The notes beneath the pieces are model-generated. The model was not told where the DNA came from and searched no databases. It was given only the letters and a program-made list of their open reading frames with translations. DNA of 64,000 nucleotides from Candidatus Geothermarchaeota archaeon (GTDB lineage: Archaea > Thermoproteota > Nitrososphaeria > Geothermarchaeales > JDFR-13), in NCBI GenBank assembly GCA_015523545.1, contig WAKB01000008.1:6247-70246 (forward strand), in the 5' to 3' direction. This document shows, one piece after another, positions 1-7,635 of the stretch. The first letter of the stretch is position 1, and each line of letters starts with the position of its first letter. Both the position numbers and the translations under genes were made by a program.

Positions 1-197
1 GCCGCGGTACTCCTAACCTTCTTCCCATCACCAAGCACATACCCCTTCTCCACAGGATCATACCTAATGTTCGAGACACTACGACTAGGTATCTCCAGCC
101 TGGGATGCTCACCCCTCTCCATATCCCCAATAATCTTCTCCCCCAGAGACCTCAGACGGCCCAAGACACTCCTCTTCCTATCCAGAACCCTCGTCAT
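1..197 (-). CDS. top6A: DNA topoisomerase VI subunit A (Spo11-like), N-terminal fragment; gene runs off the window start
   Basis: Not in the ORF track because there is no stop in the window. Reverse-strand ATG at 197..195 opens MTRVLDRKRSVLGRLRSLGEKIIGDMERGEHPRLEIPSRSVSNIRYDPVEKGYVLGDGKKVRSTA. The P.L.IPSRS.SNI.YD block matches my memory of Top6A N-termini. An in-frame stop lies upstream at 245..243. Confidence 0.55.
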   Translation of the reverse strand, partial: MTRVLDRKRSVLGRLRSLGEKIIGDMERGEHPRLEIPSRSVSNIRYDPVEKGYVLGDGKKVRSTA

Positions 198-311
198 ACC
201 AATAAATATCTTTACACAGCCATGCCATATCAAGGGGACAAGCTATTTATACCACAGCCCAGAATAGAATCATTAATAACCCAGTTAGAACACCCCGGAG
301 AGGTAGGAGAA

Positions 312-509
312 ATGTCTAGGGAACTTGCCAGAACACCATTAATAATCAAAACCATAGCATTCATAATGCTCCTCCTAGGGATAGCCCTCATCTACCTAGT
401 CTCAACCTCATCAGAACTCATGGGTGCACACAGGACGATAGGCTACGTACTCGGACTAGCACTACTCATAATCCCCGGATACATACTCATAGCCAATGTT
501 ATAGAGTAA
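312..509 (+). CDS. small two-helix membrane protein, function unknown
   Basis: Internal ATG 312 of ORF 105..509 is preceded by GGAGAGGTAGGAGA. The product MSRELARTPLIIKTIAFIMLLLGIALIYLV...LGLALLIIPGYILIANVIE has two hydrophobic spans. The upstream part of the ORF is P/Q-rich and overlaps the top6A start region. Confidence 0.4.
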   Translation: MSRELARTPLIIKTIAFIMLLLGIALIYLVSTSSELMGAHRTIGYVLGLALLIIPGYILIANVIE

Positions 510-546
510 AAGTTATATTTCCGTAGGGGAAAAGGAATCACTAGGA

Positions 547-648
547 GCCGCCGTAGCTCAGCTGGAAGAGCACCGGGCTGTTAACCCGGTGTAGAGTCCC
601 GGGGCTGATACCCGGGGGTCCCCGGTTCGAGTCCGGGCGGCGGCGCCA
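547..648 (+). tRNA. tRNA-Asn (anticodon GTT) with a ~26-nt intron at a non-canonical position (variable-loop/T-arm junction); CCA encoded
   Basis: Acceptor GCCGCCG/CGGCGGC, D arm GCTC-AGCTGGAA-GAGC, anticodon arm CCGGG-CTGTTAA-CCCGG, T arm CCCGG-TTCGAGT-CCGGG. There are 31 nt (590..620) where 5 are expected, containing the hairpin CCCGGG-GCTGATA-CCCGGG. Confidence 0.85.
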
Positions 649-721
649 CACCCCTCCCTAACCTGAGGCCCTGAAAAAGATCAAATAGTTTATCTAGAAC
701 CACTACAAATTTTTTAGTGCC

Positions 722-916
722 ATGGTGTTCGAAGTAGCTATTGGTAAAGATAGATATTACGGGTGTTCCGAGTGTTTCCTACTCTACAGGGATTTAGAGA
801 CAGCATCCATGTGTGAGGAGTGGTGCGCCAGCCATAAGAGCTGCAACTCAGACATAACGTCAAAAAGCATTGGATACGTTAAGTTCAGTAGGAGGCCCGA
901 GCTCTCTATAGGCTAG
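722..916 (+). CDS. small Cys-rich protein (putative zinc-binding), function unknown
   Basis: ATG ORF of 64 aa with CSEC...CEEWC...C spacing (GCSECFLLYRDLETASMCEEWCASHKSC). No family recognised. Confidence 0.45.
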   Translation: MVFEVAIGKDRYYGCSECFLLYRDLETASMCEEWCASHKSCNSDITSKSIGYVKFSRRPELSIG

Positions 917-1191
917 TACAGGGACGGATCGGCTCTACAACACTACTGAAAAACATTAGGATTGACCAGGGATTATTAGAGGGCTTAGAAATACAGAGAT
1001 ATCTAAATGCATAGAGGTAAAGCAGGATTTGTTAAGTCCCTGGAGAGCCACGGTCAAGAATAATATCCAGACCTCTCCTCAGAATTCTCACAAGGATTGG
1101 TAATCCGCTTTATATAGCCCCTTTAATTCTATATGTCCTTGTCGGAGAAGGGCTCTTCATACACACCTATCCCCTAAAAAGGTGTTAGGAA

Positions 1192-2238
1192 ATGGAGAAG
1201 TATGATGTAGCCGTTTTGGGTGCGGGTATTGTAGGTCTGACTGCATCCTATTTCTCGTCAGACGAGGGTTTCAAGACTGTTATGATAGCTTCAGAGATAC
1301 CAAGCGACGTATCTATGAACAAGTCGGTCGGTATAATCACTAGGCAGCTCACAACCAAAAGAGAGATACTGCTAGCTACTGAGAGTATAAACATCCTCTT
1401 CGAGCTACTACCCAACATCTACAGGGTTATGTATGGGAGAGACTTCATAACAATAGAGGATCAGAAGACCGCCTTCCAAGACTTCAGATTCTATAGGAAG
1501 ACCATGTACGACGTCGACATCTACTACTACGGCGAGGTCCCGGAGAAGTTCAGCTCAATCAATATCTCGGTGAACGAGGCCATCCTACACACAAAGAACG
1601 ACGTCATGCTAGACGCCAAGAAGGCGATCGAGAACCTATACGAGGTAGTATCCAAGAAGCAGGGACTAGACCAGATACAGAAGAAGGCCCTCTCACTCGA
1701 GAGGGAGGGGAACGAATACATAATTAAGCTAGAGGATGGCCAGGAGGTGAAGGCTAAGAACGTGATACTGGCCATGGGAGCATGGAACAAGTACTTCCTA
1801 GAGAATAATAGGATATACCTACCCGTAGCCACATATGCATGCATAGCCGTGAGGTTCAAGATAGATGGGGAGATCCCGGTCAGCGGATCAGACGAGGTAA
1901 ACTACATGTACTGGATGGTGGAGGATGACACAGTACTGGCAGGAGAGTACTACCAGTCAGTACCCATAATAAGGCCCGACAGGATGGACCTCGTCGAGCT
2001 GGAGAACAAGGACAAATCAGTCAAGAGATCCCTACTCGAGAGGTTCAAATCACTCAAGGATCTAGAGTTCGTAGAGTTCATTGTTGGGCCCTGCAGCGTA
2101 CCACTAGGCAAGAGGCCACTATTCAAAGAGGTCATGACCAACGTATTCCTAATCGACGGGATGGCTGGCTACGGCTTCACACTAGGACCAGCCCTCGCCA
2201 AGGAAGCAGTATCAATGATAAGCCAGAGGATGGGCTGA
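1192..2238 (+). CDS. FAD-dependent oxidoreductase (DAO/glycine oxidase-like family)
   Basis: N-terminal dinucleotide-binding motif YDVAVLGAGIVGLTASY. Length of 348 aa and C-terminal GMAGYGFTLGPALA are typical of DAO-family flavoproteins. Confidence 0.8.
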   Translation: MEKYDVAVLGAGIVGLTASYFSSDEGFKTVMIASEIPSDVSMNKSVGIITRQLTTKREILLATESINILFELLPNIYRVMYGRDFITIEDQKTAFQDFRFYRKTMYDVDIYYYGEVPEKFSSINISVNEAILHTKNDVMLDAKKAIENLYEVVSKKQGLDQIQKKALSLEREGNEYIIKLEDGQEVKAKNVILAMGAWNKYFLENNRIYLPVATYACIAVRFKIDGEIPVSGSDEVNYMYWMVEDDTVLAGEYYQSVPIIRPDRMDLVELENKDKSVKRSLLERFKSLKDLEFVEFIVGPCSVPLGKRPLFKEVMTNVFLIDGMAGYGFTLGPALAKEAVSMISQRMG

Positions 2239-2307
2239 AGACAGAACCGTAACAATATAACACCGAGATAAGCCTTATCAGTCTCCAAGGAGAAAACTTT
2301 CTCCGAG

Positions 2308-2398
2308 GCCCCGGTGGTGTAGCCCGGTCAAGCATACCGGCCTTTCGAGCCTAGGAGACAGCCGGTGGACCCGGGTTCAAATCCCGGCCGGGGCACCA
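2308..2398 (+). tRNA. tRNA-Glu (anticodon TTC) with a 12-nt intron at the canonical 37/38 position; CCA encoded
   Basis: Acceptor GCCCCGG/CCGGGGC, anticodon arm CCGGC-CTTTCGA...GCCGG interrupted by 12 nt (about 2348..2359), T arm CCGGG-TTCAAAT-CCCGG. Confidence 0.9.
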
Positions 2399-2399
2399 G

Positions 2400-3530
2400 C
2401 TAAATCCCAAAGTCCTCCCTAATCCTATTTATCAGGCTATCAGGGTCGTCAGAGATATAGTTAGAGTGGTTCCTAAGGAATGGGCTGATATCCTTCTCCG
2501 TGAAATAGGTGTACACCCTCTTCATATGAGTGAAGCCATAGATCATCTCGCTCAACACGCCTGGGCTAAGCTGACTAGTAGGGTAGAAGATAATCACCAT
2601 ATCACTCTGGTCTATGAATCGGTAGTCCCTAGCTATAGTGCTATCCCTGATATAGTCCTCCGCGTCCATAATCTCCGACACGGGAATCTCAACATTGAAC
2701 AAGTCTATCCACACACTATCCTTATCACCAGCCTCCCTAGCAGCATCAATCAAGGCATAGTCCTCCACCATCATCGGGTCAAAAACTATGATGTTGTTCT
2801 TCTCAAGCCTCTCAACAAACTCATCCTTCCTCTCAACAAAGTCCGGGACATTCTTCACATGTGTCATGGGGTAGCTGAGATACGCCTTCCTCTTCCTAGG
2901 CCTCTCACCCAGGCCACGGGGAACCTCATAGTCATAGATAATGTCTCTCAACAGCTTCCCATAGGGCCTATCCCCATACGGCCGGGAGAAGGGGATCATG
3001 TAGAACGGCTTGGAGAGGATACTGGCCACCATATTGGTGATGAAGACCTCCTCATCCTGCCAGATCAATAGCTCCTTAAGGGTTAGACGCTCCCTCCAAT
3101 GCCTAAGCTCTGGATGGGTATCTATCCTCCTACGGATACTGGCGATAGAGTCTATGATCGTGACGAATATATCAGGATTAACATCGTTCAGATAGTTGTA
3201 GTCGAAGGCAGGCATTATATATTTCCTCCACCGGAAACTCATGTGGAGACTAATATACATATCCCTCTCAGACCCATACCCCCCATACCCATCAGCCCTA
3301 TGCACAATACCCTCGAAGACCGTCGCCCTAAGAAAACGGAGAGCAATCTCATCCAGGTCGAGTATCTTGTCACCCGGTATATCCACACCCAGCTCCCTAG
3401 CCTTGTCAAACATGCTCGGCCCAACATCAACCATCTCCACCGCCCTACCCTCACCACTAGCCAAGCCCCTAACCTCCTCAAGATACCTAGCCCTCCCAGA
3501 ACCAGTTATCCCAGTCCCAAGAAGGATCAT
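2400..3530 (-). CDS. two-domain protein: archaeal adenylate-kinase-like N-domain (degenerate P-loop) fused to a nucleoside 2-deoxyribosyltransferase-like C-domain
   Basis: ATG ORF of 376 aa. The N-terminus LLGTGITGSGRARYL...VGPSMFDKA...SLHMSFRW...NPDIFVTIID...WQDEE follows the AdkA block order. The C-terminus AYLSYPMT...QSDMVIIFYP..SPGVLSEMIYGF..KRVY resembles the NDT/Rossmann-like signature. Confidence 0.7.
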   Translation of the reverse strand: MILLGTGITGSGRARYLEEVRGLASGEGRAVEMVDVGPSMFDKARELGVDIPGDKILDLDEIALRFLRATVFEGIVHRADGYGGYGSERDMYISLHMSFRWRKYIMPAFDYNYLNDVNPDIFVTIIDSIASIRRRIDTHPELRHWRERLTLKELLIWQDEEVFITNMVASILSKPFYMIPFSRPYGDRPYGKLLRDIIYDYEVPRGLGERPRKRKAYLSYPMTHVKNVPDFVERKDEFVERLEKNNIIVFDPMMVEDYALIDAAREAGDKDSVWIDLFNVEIPVSEIMDAEDYIRDSTIARDYRFIDQSDMVIIFYPTSQLSPGVLSEMIYGFTHMKRVYTYFTEKDISPFLRNHSNYISDDPDSLINRIREDFGI

Positions 3531-3539
3531 AGTCCCACC

Positions 3540-4172
3540 CTACTCCTCATCACCATGCCCACCAATATTCTTAGATAATAGGGACTCCCAGTCAATCATC
3601 AGTACAGCGGCGGCGAAGACTATAGAGACCACTAGAAGTATAATGCTTACAACTATGTCTTCACCGCCCCCAAGATATATACGCACCGCCTCGTAGGAGT
3701 AGAACCCCGCATAGGCTATAACCGTATAGAGTATCGTCTTACCCATGAAGGCCGCCACGAAGACCTTCCCAATGTTGTATCTCGCGAGGCCCAACGCCGG
3801 ATAAATAATGTCATCCGGGAGAGGCGTAACGGCCAGGATAAACACTGCTATCGCTCCATACCTATCGATAAGAGTCCTGAAACGGTCAGCCCTCCTCTTG
3901 AGATCCTCCGGCAATATCTTCCTGCCCCCACGGAAGAGGAGATAGAGGCTCAGCTCACCTAGAGCAGCTCCAGCCCCCGACGCAATACCAAGGAAGACAG
4001 GGTTGAACCTCTGGGTAGATCCTGCCAGATATATGGCGGTCTGGAAGGGAACAGGCATAACAACCGACATAGAGGCTAGGAGGGAAAGTATGAATAGCGC
4101 TAGATATCCATACTGATCGATAAGGGACCAGAACTCTATGTCTATCGAGAGGAATAGTAGGGGGCTTATCAT
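3540..4172 (-). CDS. DedA/SNARE-associated (VTT domain) family membrane protein
   Basis: 210 aa, multi-pass, with VMPVPFQTAIYLAGS and TPLPDDIIYPALGLARYNIGKVF blocks typical of DedA/TVP38 proteins. Confidence 0.75.
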   Translation of the reverse strand: MISPLLFLSIDIEFWSLIDQYGYLALFILSLLASMSVVMPVPFQTAIYLAGSTQRFNPVFLGIASGAGAALGELSLYLLFRGGRKILPEDLKRRADRFRTLIDRYGAIAVFILAVTPLPDDIIYPALGLARYNIGKVFVAAFMGKTILYTVIAYAGFYSYEAVRIYLGGGEDIVVSIILLVVSIVFAAAVLMIDWESLLSKNIGGHGDEE

Positions 4173-4174
4173 GG

Positions 4175-4729
4175 CTATTCAACCCCGTACTCCTCAATGA
4201 TCTTTGATATCTCGTTATAAAGCTCCTCTAGATCATCCTCCTCACGAGCCCTCCGCTTCTTTTCCTTCTCAGGCTTCTCCTCCCTCTCCTCTCTACGCTG
4301 CTCCTCATGCCTTACCTTAAGCCTCTCCTCCAATCTCCTTATCTCCTCCTCAAGCTTGGCACGCCTCGCCTCATACTCCCTAACCAGCCTCTCATACTCC
4401 TCTCTAAGCTCCTCCAGCTTAGCATACAGCCTCAGGCTCTTAAGCTCCCTCTCAATCTCCTCTAAGTCCCTCTCAAACTTCTTTATCAACGACTCCTTCA
4501 CGTCAGGAGGTATCTTACCCTCCTCTGCCTGCTTGATCACGGCTATTATAGCCTTCTTAACGGCATCCCTCCTAATTTCCAGCTCAGCAACCATCGACCT
4601 ATAGGAGGTGGATACACTCGTAGCGACTGGCCTCCTATCCCCGCCAGCCGATGAATATCTATATGCCGAGATGAGCATGGCTAGTGAGGAGCCTATAACC
4701 GTGGCGGGGAGGAGGTACTCAACCACCAT
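4175..4729 (-). CDS. membrane-anchored coiled-coil protein, function unknown
   Basis: An N-terminal hydrophobic helix is followed by about 130 aa of E/R/K heptad-like sequence (LEEIERELKSLRLYAKLEELREEYERLVREYEARRAKLEEEIRRLEERL). Confidence 0.6.
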   Translation of the reverse strand: MVVEYLLPATVIGSSLAMLISAYRYSSAGGDRRPVATSVSTSYRSMVAELEIRRDAVKKAIIAVIKQAEEGKIPPDVKESLIKKFERDLEEIERELKSLRLYAKLEELREEYERLVREYEARRAKLEEEIRRLEERLKVRHEEQRREEREEKPEKEKKRRAREEDDLEELYNEISKIIEEYGVE

Positions 4730-4744
4730 TATAAATCAATAATT

Positions 4745-5059
4745 CTATCGCCGAGCTGTGGATTTAAAGCCTTTCCTATAAGTCTTCCCACAGACTAGGC
4801 ACTTCACCGCTACATGGAGATATGGTCTAGGCCTAACCCTATATACAGCGTTGACACCTGGGTGTAGGGGGGAGCCACAATATTTACATCGGAAAAGCTT
4901 TAGGAGGCTGGGCTTCTCCCCCCGTATCTTGAGGAGGATCTTATACGCCTCCTCGATATACCTCAACCTATACTCCCGGGGAATCCCAGTGTTGAAGAAG
5001 AGCCTAACCAGTCTCTGGGCCTCCCTATAACCATGACGCCTAGCCCTCCTAGATACCAT
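4745..5059 (-). CDS. rnp4: RNase P protein component 4 (Rpp21/Rnp4)
   Basis: 104 aa. Basic N-terminal helices plus the zinc ribbon CKYCGSPLHPGVNAVYRV...VKCLVCGKTYR are characteristic of Rpp21. Confidence 0.8.
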   Translation of the reverse strand: MVSRRARRHGYREAQRLVRLFFNTGIPREYRLRYIEEAYKILLKIRGEKPSLLKLFRCKYCGSPLHPGVNAVYRVRPRPYLHVAVKCLVCGKTYRKGFKSTARR

Positions 5060-5098
5060 ACACCTTAAACATTACGGTTAGAAATATATGGGTCGAAG

Positions 5099-5740
5099 AT
5101 GGGGATCAGCCTAACCATACTGATATATGGAGCGGAGATAGAGGCCGTTCCGAGGAAGCTGTGGCAGGAACCCGCAATAAGGAACGACTCCAGAAGGCGC
5201 AGGAGACACCCCAGCAAGATCCTCCTCTACACCCCAGTACACCACGATGCCATGGTTAGGCATGGGATCGACGTATATAGAAGAGGCAGGCCAGACATAA
5301 CCCAGGACATCTTGAAAACAATATGTAACCACCCATTCACCAGGGAGAACAGGGTCTCGATATACCTCTATACTGTGGAGGGCAGGACGATATGGGTGAA
5401 TCCAGAGACTAGGATACCCCATGACTACTACCGCTTCGAGGGCCTCATGATCCAGCTCCTCGAGAAGGGTATGGTACCACCCGACGACGGGAGATTCATG
5501 AGGATAGTATACACCCCACTGGGAGAGATCCTAGGTGACAAGGTGTTTATACTCCATGAGGAGGGGGAGGAGATTCCGCCAGATAAGGAATACTATGATG
5601 GCTCAACACTAGTTATAGGCGGTTTCCAAAAGGGGGATTTCGACTCAGAGATATTGGGTCGGGGGAGGAAGATATCGATATATAGGGAACCCCTATACGC
5701 ATCCACAGCCATATGTATCTTCCTGACGAGGATCCTATAA
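5099..5740 (+). CDS. nep1: ribosome biogenesis protein Nep1/Emg1 (rRNA pseudouridine N1-methyltransferase)
   Basis: GRPDITQDIL...SIYLYTVEGRTIWVNPETRIPHDYYRFEGLMIQLLEKG matches the Nep1 SPOUT signature (RPDI, RiP..y.RF.GLm.qLL). Confidence 0.85.
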   Translation: MGISLTILIYGAEIEAVPRKLWQEPAIRNDSRRRRRHPSKILLYTPVHHDAMVRHGIDVYRRGRPDITQDILKTICNHPFTRENRVSIYLYTVEGRTIWVNPETRIPHDYYRFEGLMIQLLEKGMVPPDDGRFMRIVYTPLGEILGDKVFILHEEGEEIPPDKEYYDGSTLVIGGFQKGDFDSEILGRGRKISIYREPLYASTAICIFLTRIL

Positions 5741-5761
5741 CACTTTATCGTTGTATATAGG

Positions 5762-5848
5762 TGCGGCCGCCGGGATTCGAACCCGGGACCACCGGCTCAC
5801 CACCAAGTGTTGGAAGGCCGGCATCCTACCAGGCTAGACCACGGCCGC
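5762..5848 (-). tRNA. tRNA-Gly (anticodon TCC) with a 13-nt intron at the canonical position; CCA not fully encoded
   Basis: The reverse complement gives acceptor GCGGCCG/CGGCCGC, anticodon arm CCGGC-CTTCCAA-[13 nt]-GCCGG and T arm CCGGG-TTCGAAT-CCCGG. Confidence 0.85.
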
Positions 5849-5911
5849 ACCAATAAAATCTCTTTCCATAGAAAGGGTTATTAATAATAGGGCCGGGGGA
5901 TGCGCTGAGCC

Positions 5912-6148
5912 CTATTCCCTCACAGCCTCTATCCTAAAGTCTCTCGACCCCTCCTTCCAATACCTAATGACGCGATACCCCAGCTCACCACCCATGTTTC
6001 TTAGGGCGAACCATGAATCGGCGTTGGAGACGATCATCAAAAACCTCTCGCCACCAGCTATCTCTGAAAGCCTTTTCTTAAAAAGTTCTAGGGCCGAGGA
6101 TGTACAGTCTTCCTCCTCGGCCAGCCTCCTCAGATCTATCGTTCTCAT
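5912..6148 (-). CDS. TusA/SirA-fold small protein (putative sulfur carrier), non-canonical Cys motif
   Basis: Internal ATG 6148 forms an ATGA overlap with the rhodanese stop. The 78-aa product (IDLRRLAEEEDCTSSALELFKKRL..GERFLMIVSNADSW) follows the TusA layout but lacks CPxP. Confidence 0.5.
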   Translation of the reverse strand: MRTIDLRRLAEEEDCTSSALELFKKRLSEIAGGERFLMIVSNADSWFALRNMGGELGYRVIRYWKEGSRDFRIEAVRE

Positions 6149-6978
6149 ACCTCCTTCTCTATAGGCGCGCCTACCATGTTGCCCCACTCGCTCCAGGAAC
6201 CGTCGTAGACCCGTACCTTAGGGAATCCTAGAAGGTGTCTAAGGACGAAGTACGTGAAGGCCGCCCTCTCACCTATTCTACAATATACTATGACCTCCTT
6301 ATCCGGCTTTACACCCAGCTCTTCATATAGCTTCCTAATCTCCTCCACATCCTTGAAGGTCCCATCATCGTTCACAGCCTTTGCCCAGGGTATGTTTACA
6401 GCCCCAGGTATGTGGCCAGCCCTCTGCGCCTGCTCATTAGGATACTCTGGTGGAGCCGTTATCTCACCCTTATACTCCGCTGGGCTCCTAACATCGACGA
6501 GTATCGTCCCAGGATCCCTAAGCCTCTTCATAACATCGAGGAAGTATGCCCGCTTAGTCAGATCAACCTTACCAACCTTATACGTTGAAGGCTCTATAAC
6601 CGGCTTCTCCTTGGTCATAGGATAACCAAGCTCTATCCACTTGTTCCTCCCACCATTCAGTATGGATATCTTTTCATGGCCATACATCTCGAATACCCAG
6701 AAGGCGAATGTGGCGAACCAGTTGTTGTAGTCGCCATACAGTATGACATGGTCGTCATTGCTGATACCCAGCCTAGACATCAGCTTCTCAAACTCCTCAG
6801 GGGAGATTATGTCCCTCTCAGGATACTTGTTGAGATCCTTCTTCCAGTCGATGAGTATGGCCCCCGGGATATGTCCAAGCTCATAGGCCGTCTTTGGGTC
6901 GTAATCGACCTCCACTACCTTTACGCCCTCCTTACCAAGCATTTCCTTTAGCTGCTCTGGCTGGACCACCTTCTCCAT
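6145..6978 (-). CDS. thiosulfate sulfurtransferase (tandem rhodanese domains)
   Basis: Two rhodanese repeats with the active-site loop VYCRIGERAAFTY in the C-terminal one. First ATG is at 6978 (GTG alternative at 6987). Confidence 0.9.
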   Translation of the reverse strand: MEKVVQPEQLKEMLGKEGVKVVEVDYDPKTAYELGHIPGAILIDWKKDLNKYPERDIISPEEFEKLMSRLGISNDDHVILYGDYNNWFATFAFWVFEMYGHEKISILNGGRNKWIELGYPMTKEKPVIEPSTYKVGKVDLTKRAYFLDVMKRLRDPGTILVDVRSPAEYKGEITAPPEYPNEQAQRAGHIPGAVNIPWAKAVNDDGTFKDVEEIRKLYEELGVKPDKEVIVYCRIGERAAFTYFVLRHLLGFPKVRVYDGSWSEWGNMVGAPIEKEV

Positions 6979-7056
6979 TGGGATCACCTATATAACACTG
7001 TTATACTAAACTAACTTATTATTGGTTATACATACATAGTAGCCAGTGTAGAGGCT

Positions 7057-7635
7057 ATGAGGCTAGAGACCGTTTCCATAGCCTGGCGAGGCGACGTGGA
7101 TTTAGATATAGTTCTTGAGGCCCTACAGAGCTTCAATCCTCGCCACCTCATCCTCAACATTGAGACACCTAAGGATGAGGCCACAGACATCCTTCTAAGC
7201 CTCAGGGACGAGTGGGCCAGTACAGACCTAATCATAAGAGAGACGGGCACGGTAGACCTCATGGATACCCTCCTAGGCGTTATACAGCTTATAGGGGGCT
7301 CCAGCTTCATAGCAATAGATCCAGACTGCTCGAGATACGCGAGGCCTAGAGACATATCGAGACACCTCTGTGGGGAGGGTGGAATACTACTTGGAAGAGA
7401 GGGATGTACCCCGATGGCTAAGATAGATGGAGAGGGATACGTTACACACCTATCCGACAAGGCTGACTACTACCTGTCAGGAGCAATATGGATGGATGGA
7501 GACTCAGCGGCGATCCTACGAGAAATAGTTATAAAGACCTATCCACCAGAGAAGATATCACTAGCCTCGATACTAAATCTCTTCATAAGCAAGTATGGAG
7601 TCCTAAGGGGCTGCCTAGTCAGTGAGGAGGACTGA
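7057..7635 (+). CDS. hypothetical protein
   Basis: ATG ORF of 192 aa with ordinary amino-acid composition. The competing antisense ORF 7026..7460 is S/P/L-rich. No family recognised. Confidence 0.5.
   Translation: MRLETVSIAWRGDVDLDIVLEALQSFNPRHLILNIETPKDEATDILLSLRDEWASTDLIIRETGTVDLMDTLLGVIQLIGGSSFIAIDPDCSRYARPRDISRHLCGEGGILLGREGCTPMAKIDGEGYVTHLSDKADYYLSGAIWMDGDSAAILREIVIKTYPPEKISLASILNLFISKYGVLRGCLVSEED

Noticed and set aside
67-311. Plus-strand ORF 67..267 and the first 69 codons of ORF 105..509.
   Set aside because: Both overlap the minus-strand top6A N-terminus. Their translations are P/L/S/Q-rich, so only the part from ATG 312 onward was kept.
547-5848. Integrated element or att-site duplication at the three tRNA genes.
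   Set aside because: No integrase or transposase gene is present. No second copy of any tRNA 3' half (GTTCGAGTCC, TTCAAATCCC, TTCGAATCCC) occurs elsewhere in the window. The flanking genes are ordinary housekeeping genes.
7026-7460. 144-aa minus-strand ORF overlapping 7057..7635.
   Set aside because: It has S/P/L/R-rich composition and no motif. The plus-strand frame has normal composition and an ATG with upstream AT-rich promoter-like sequence.
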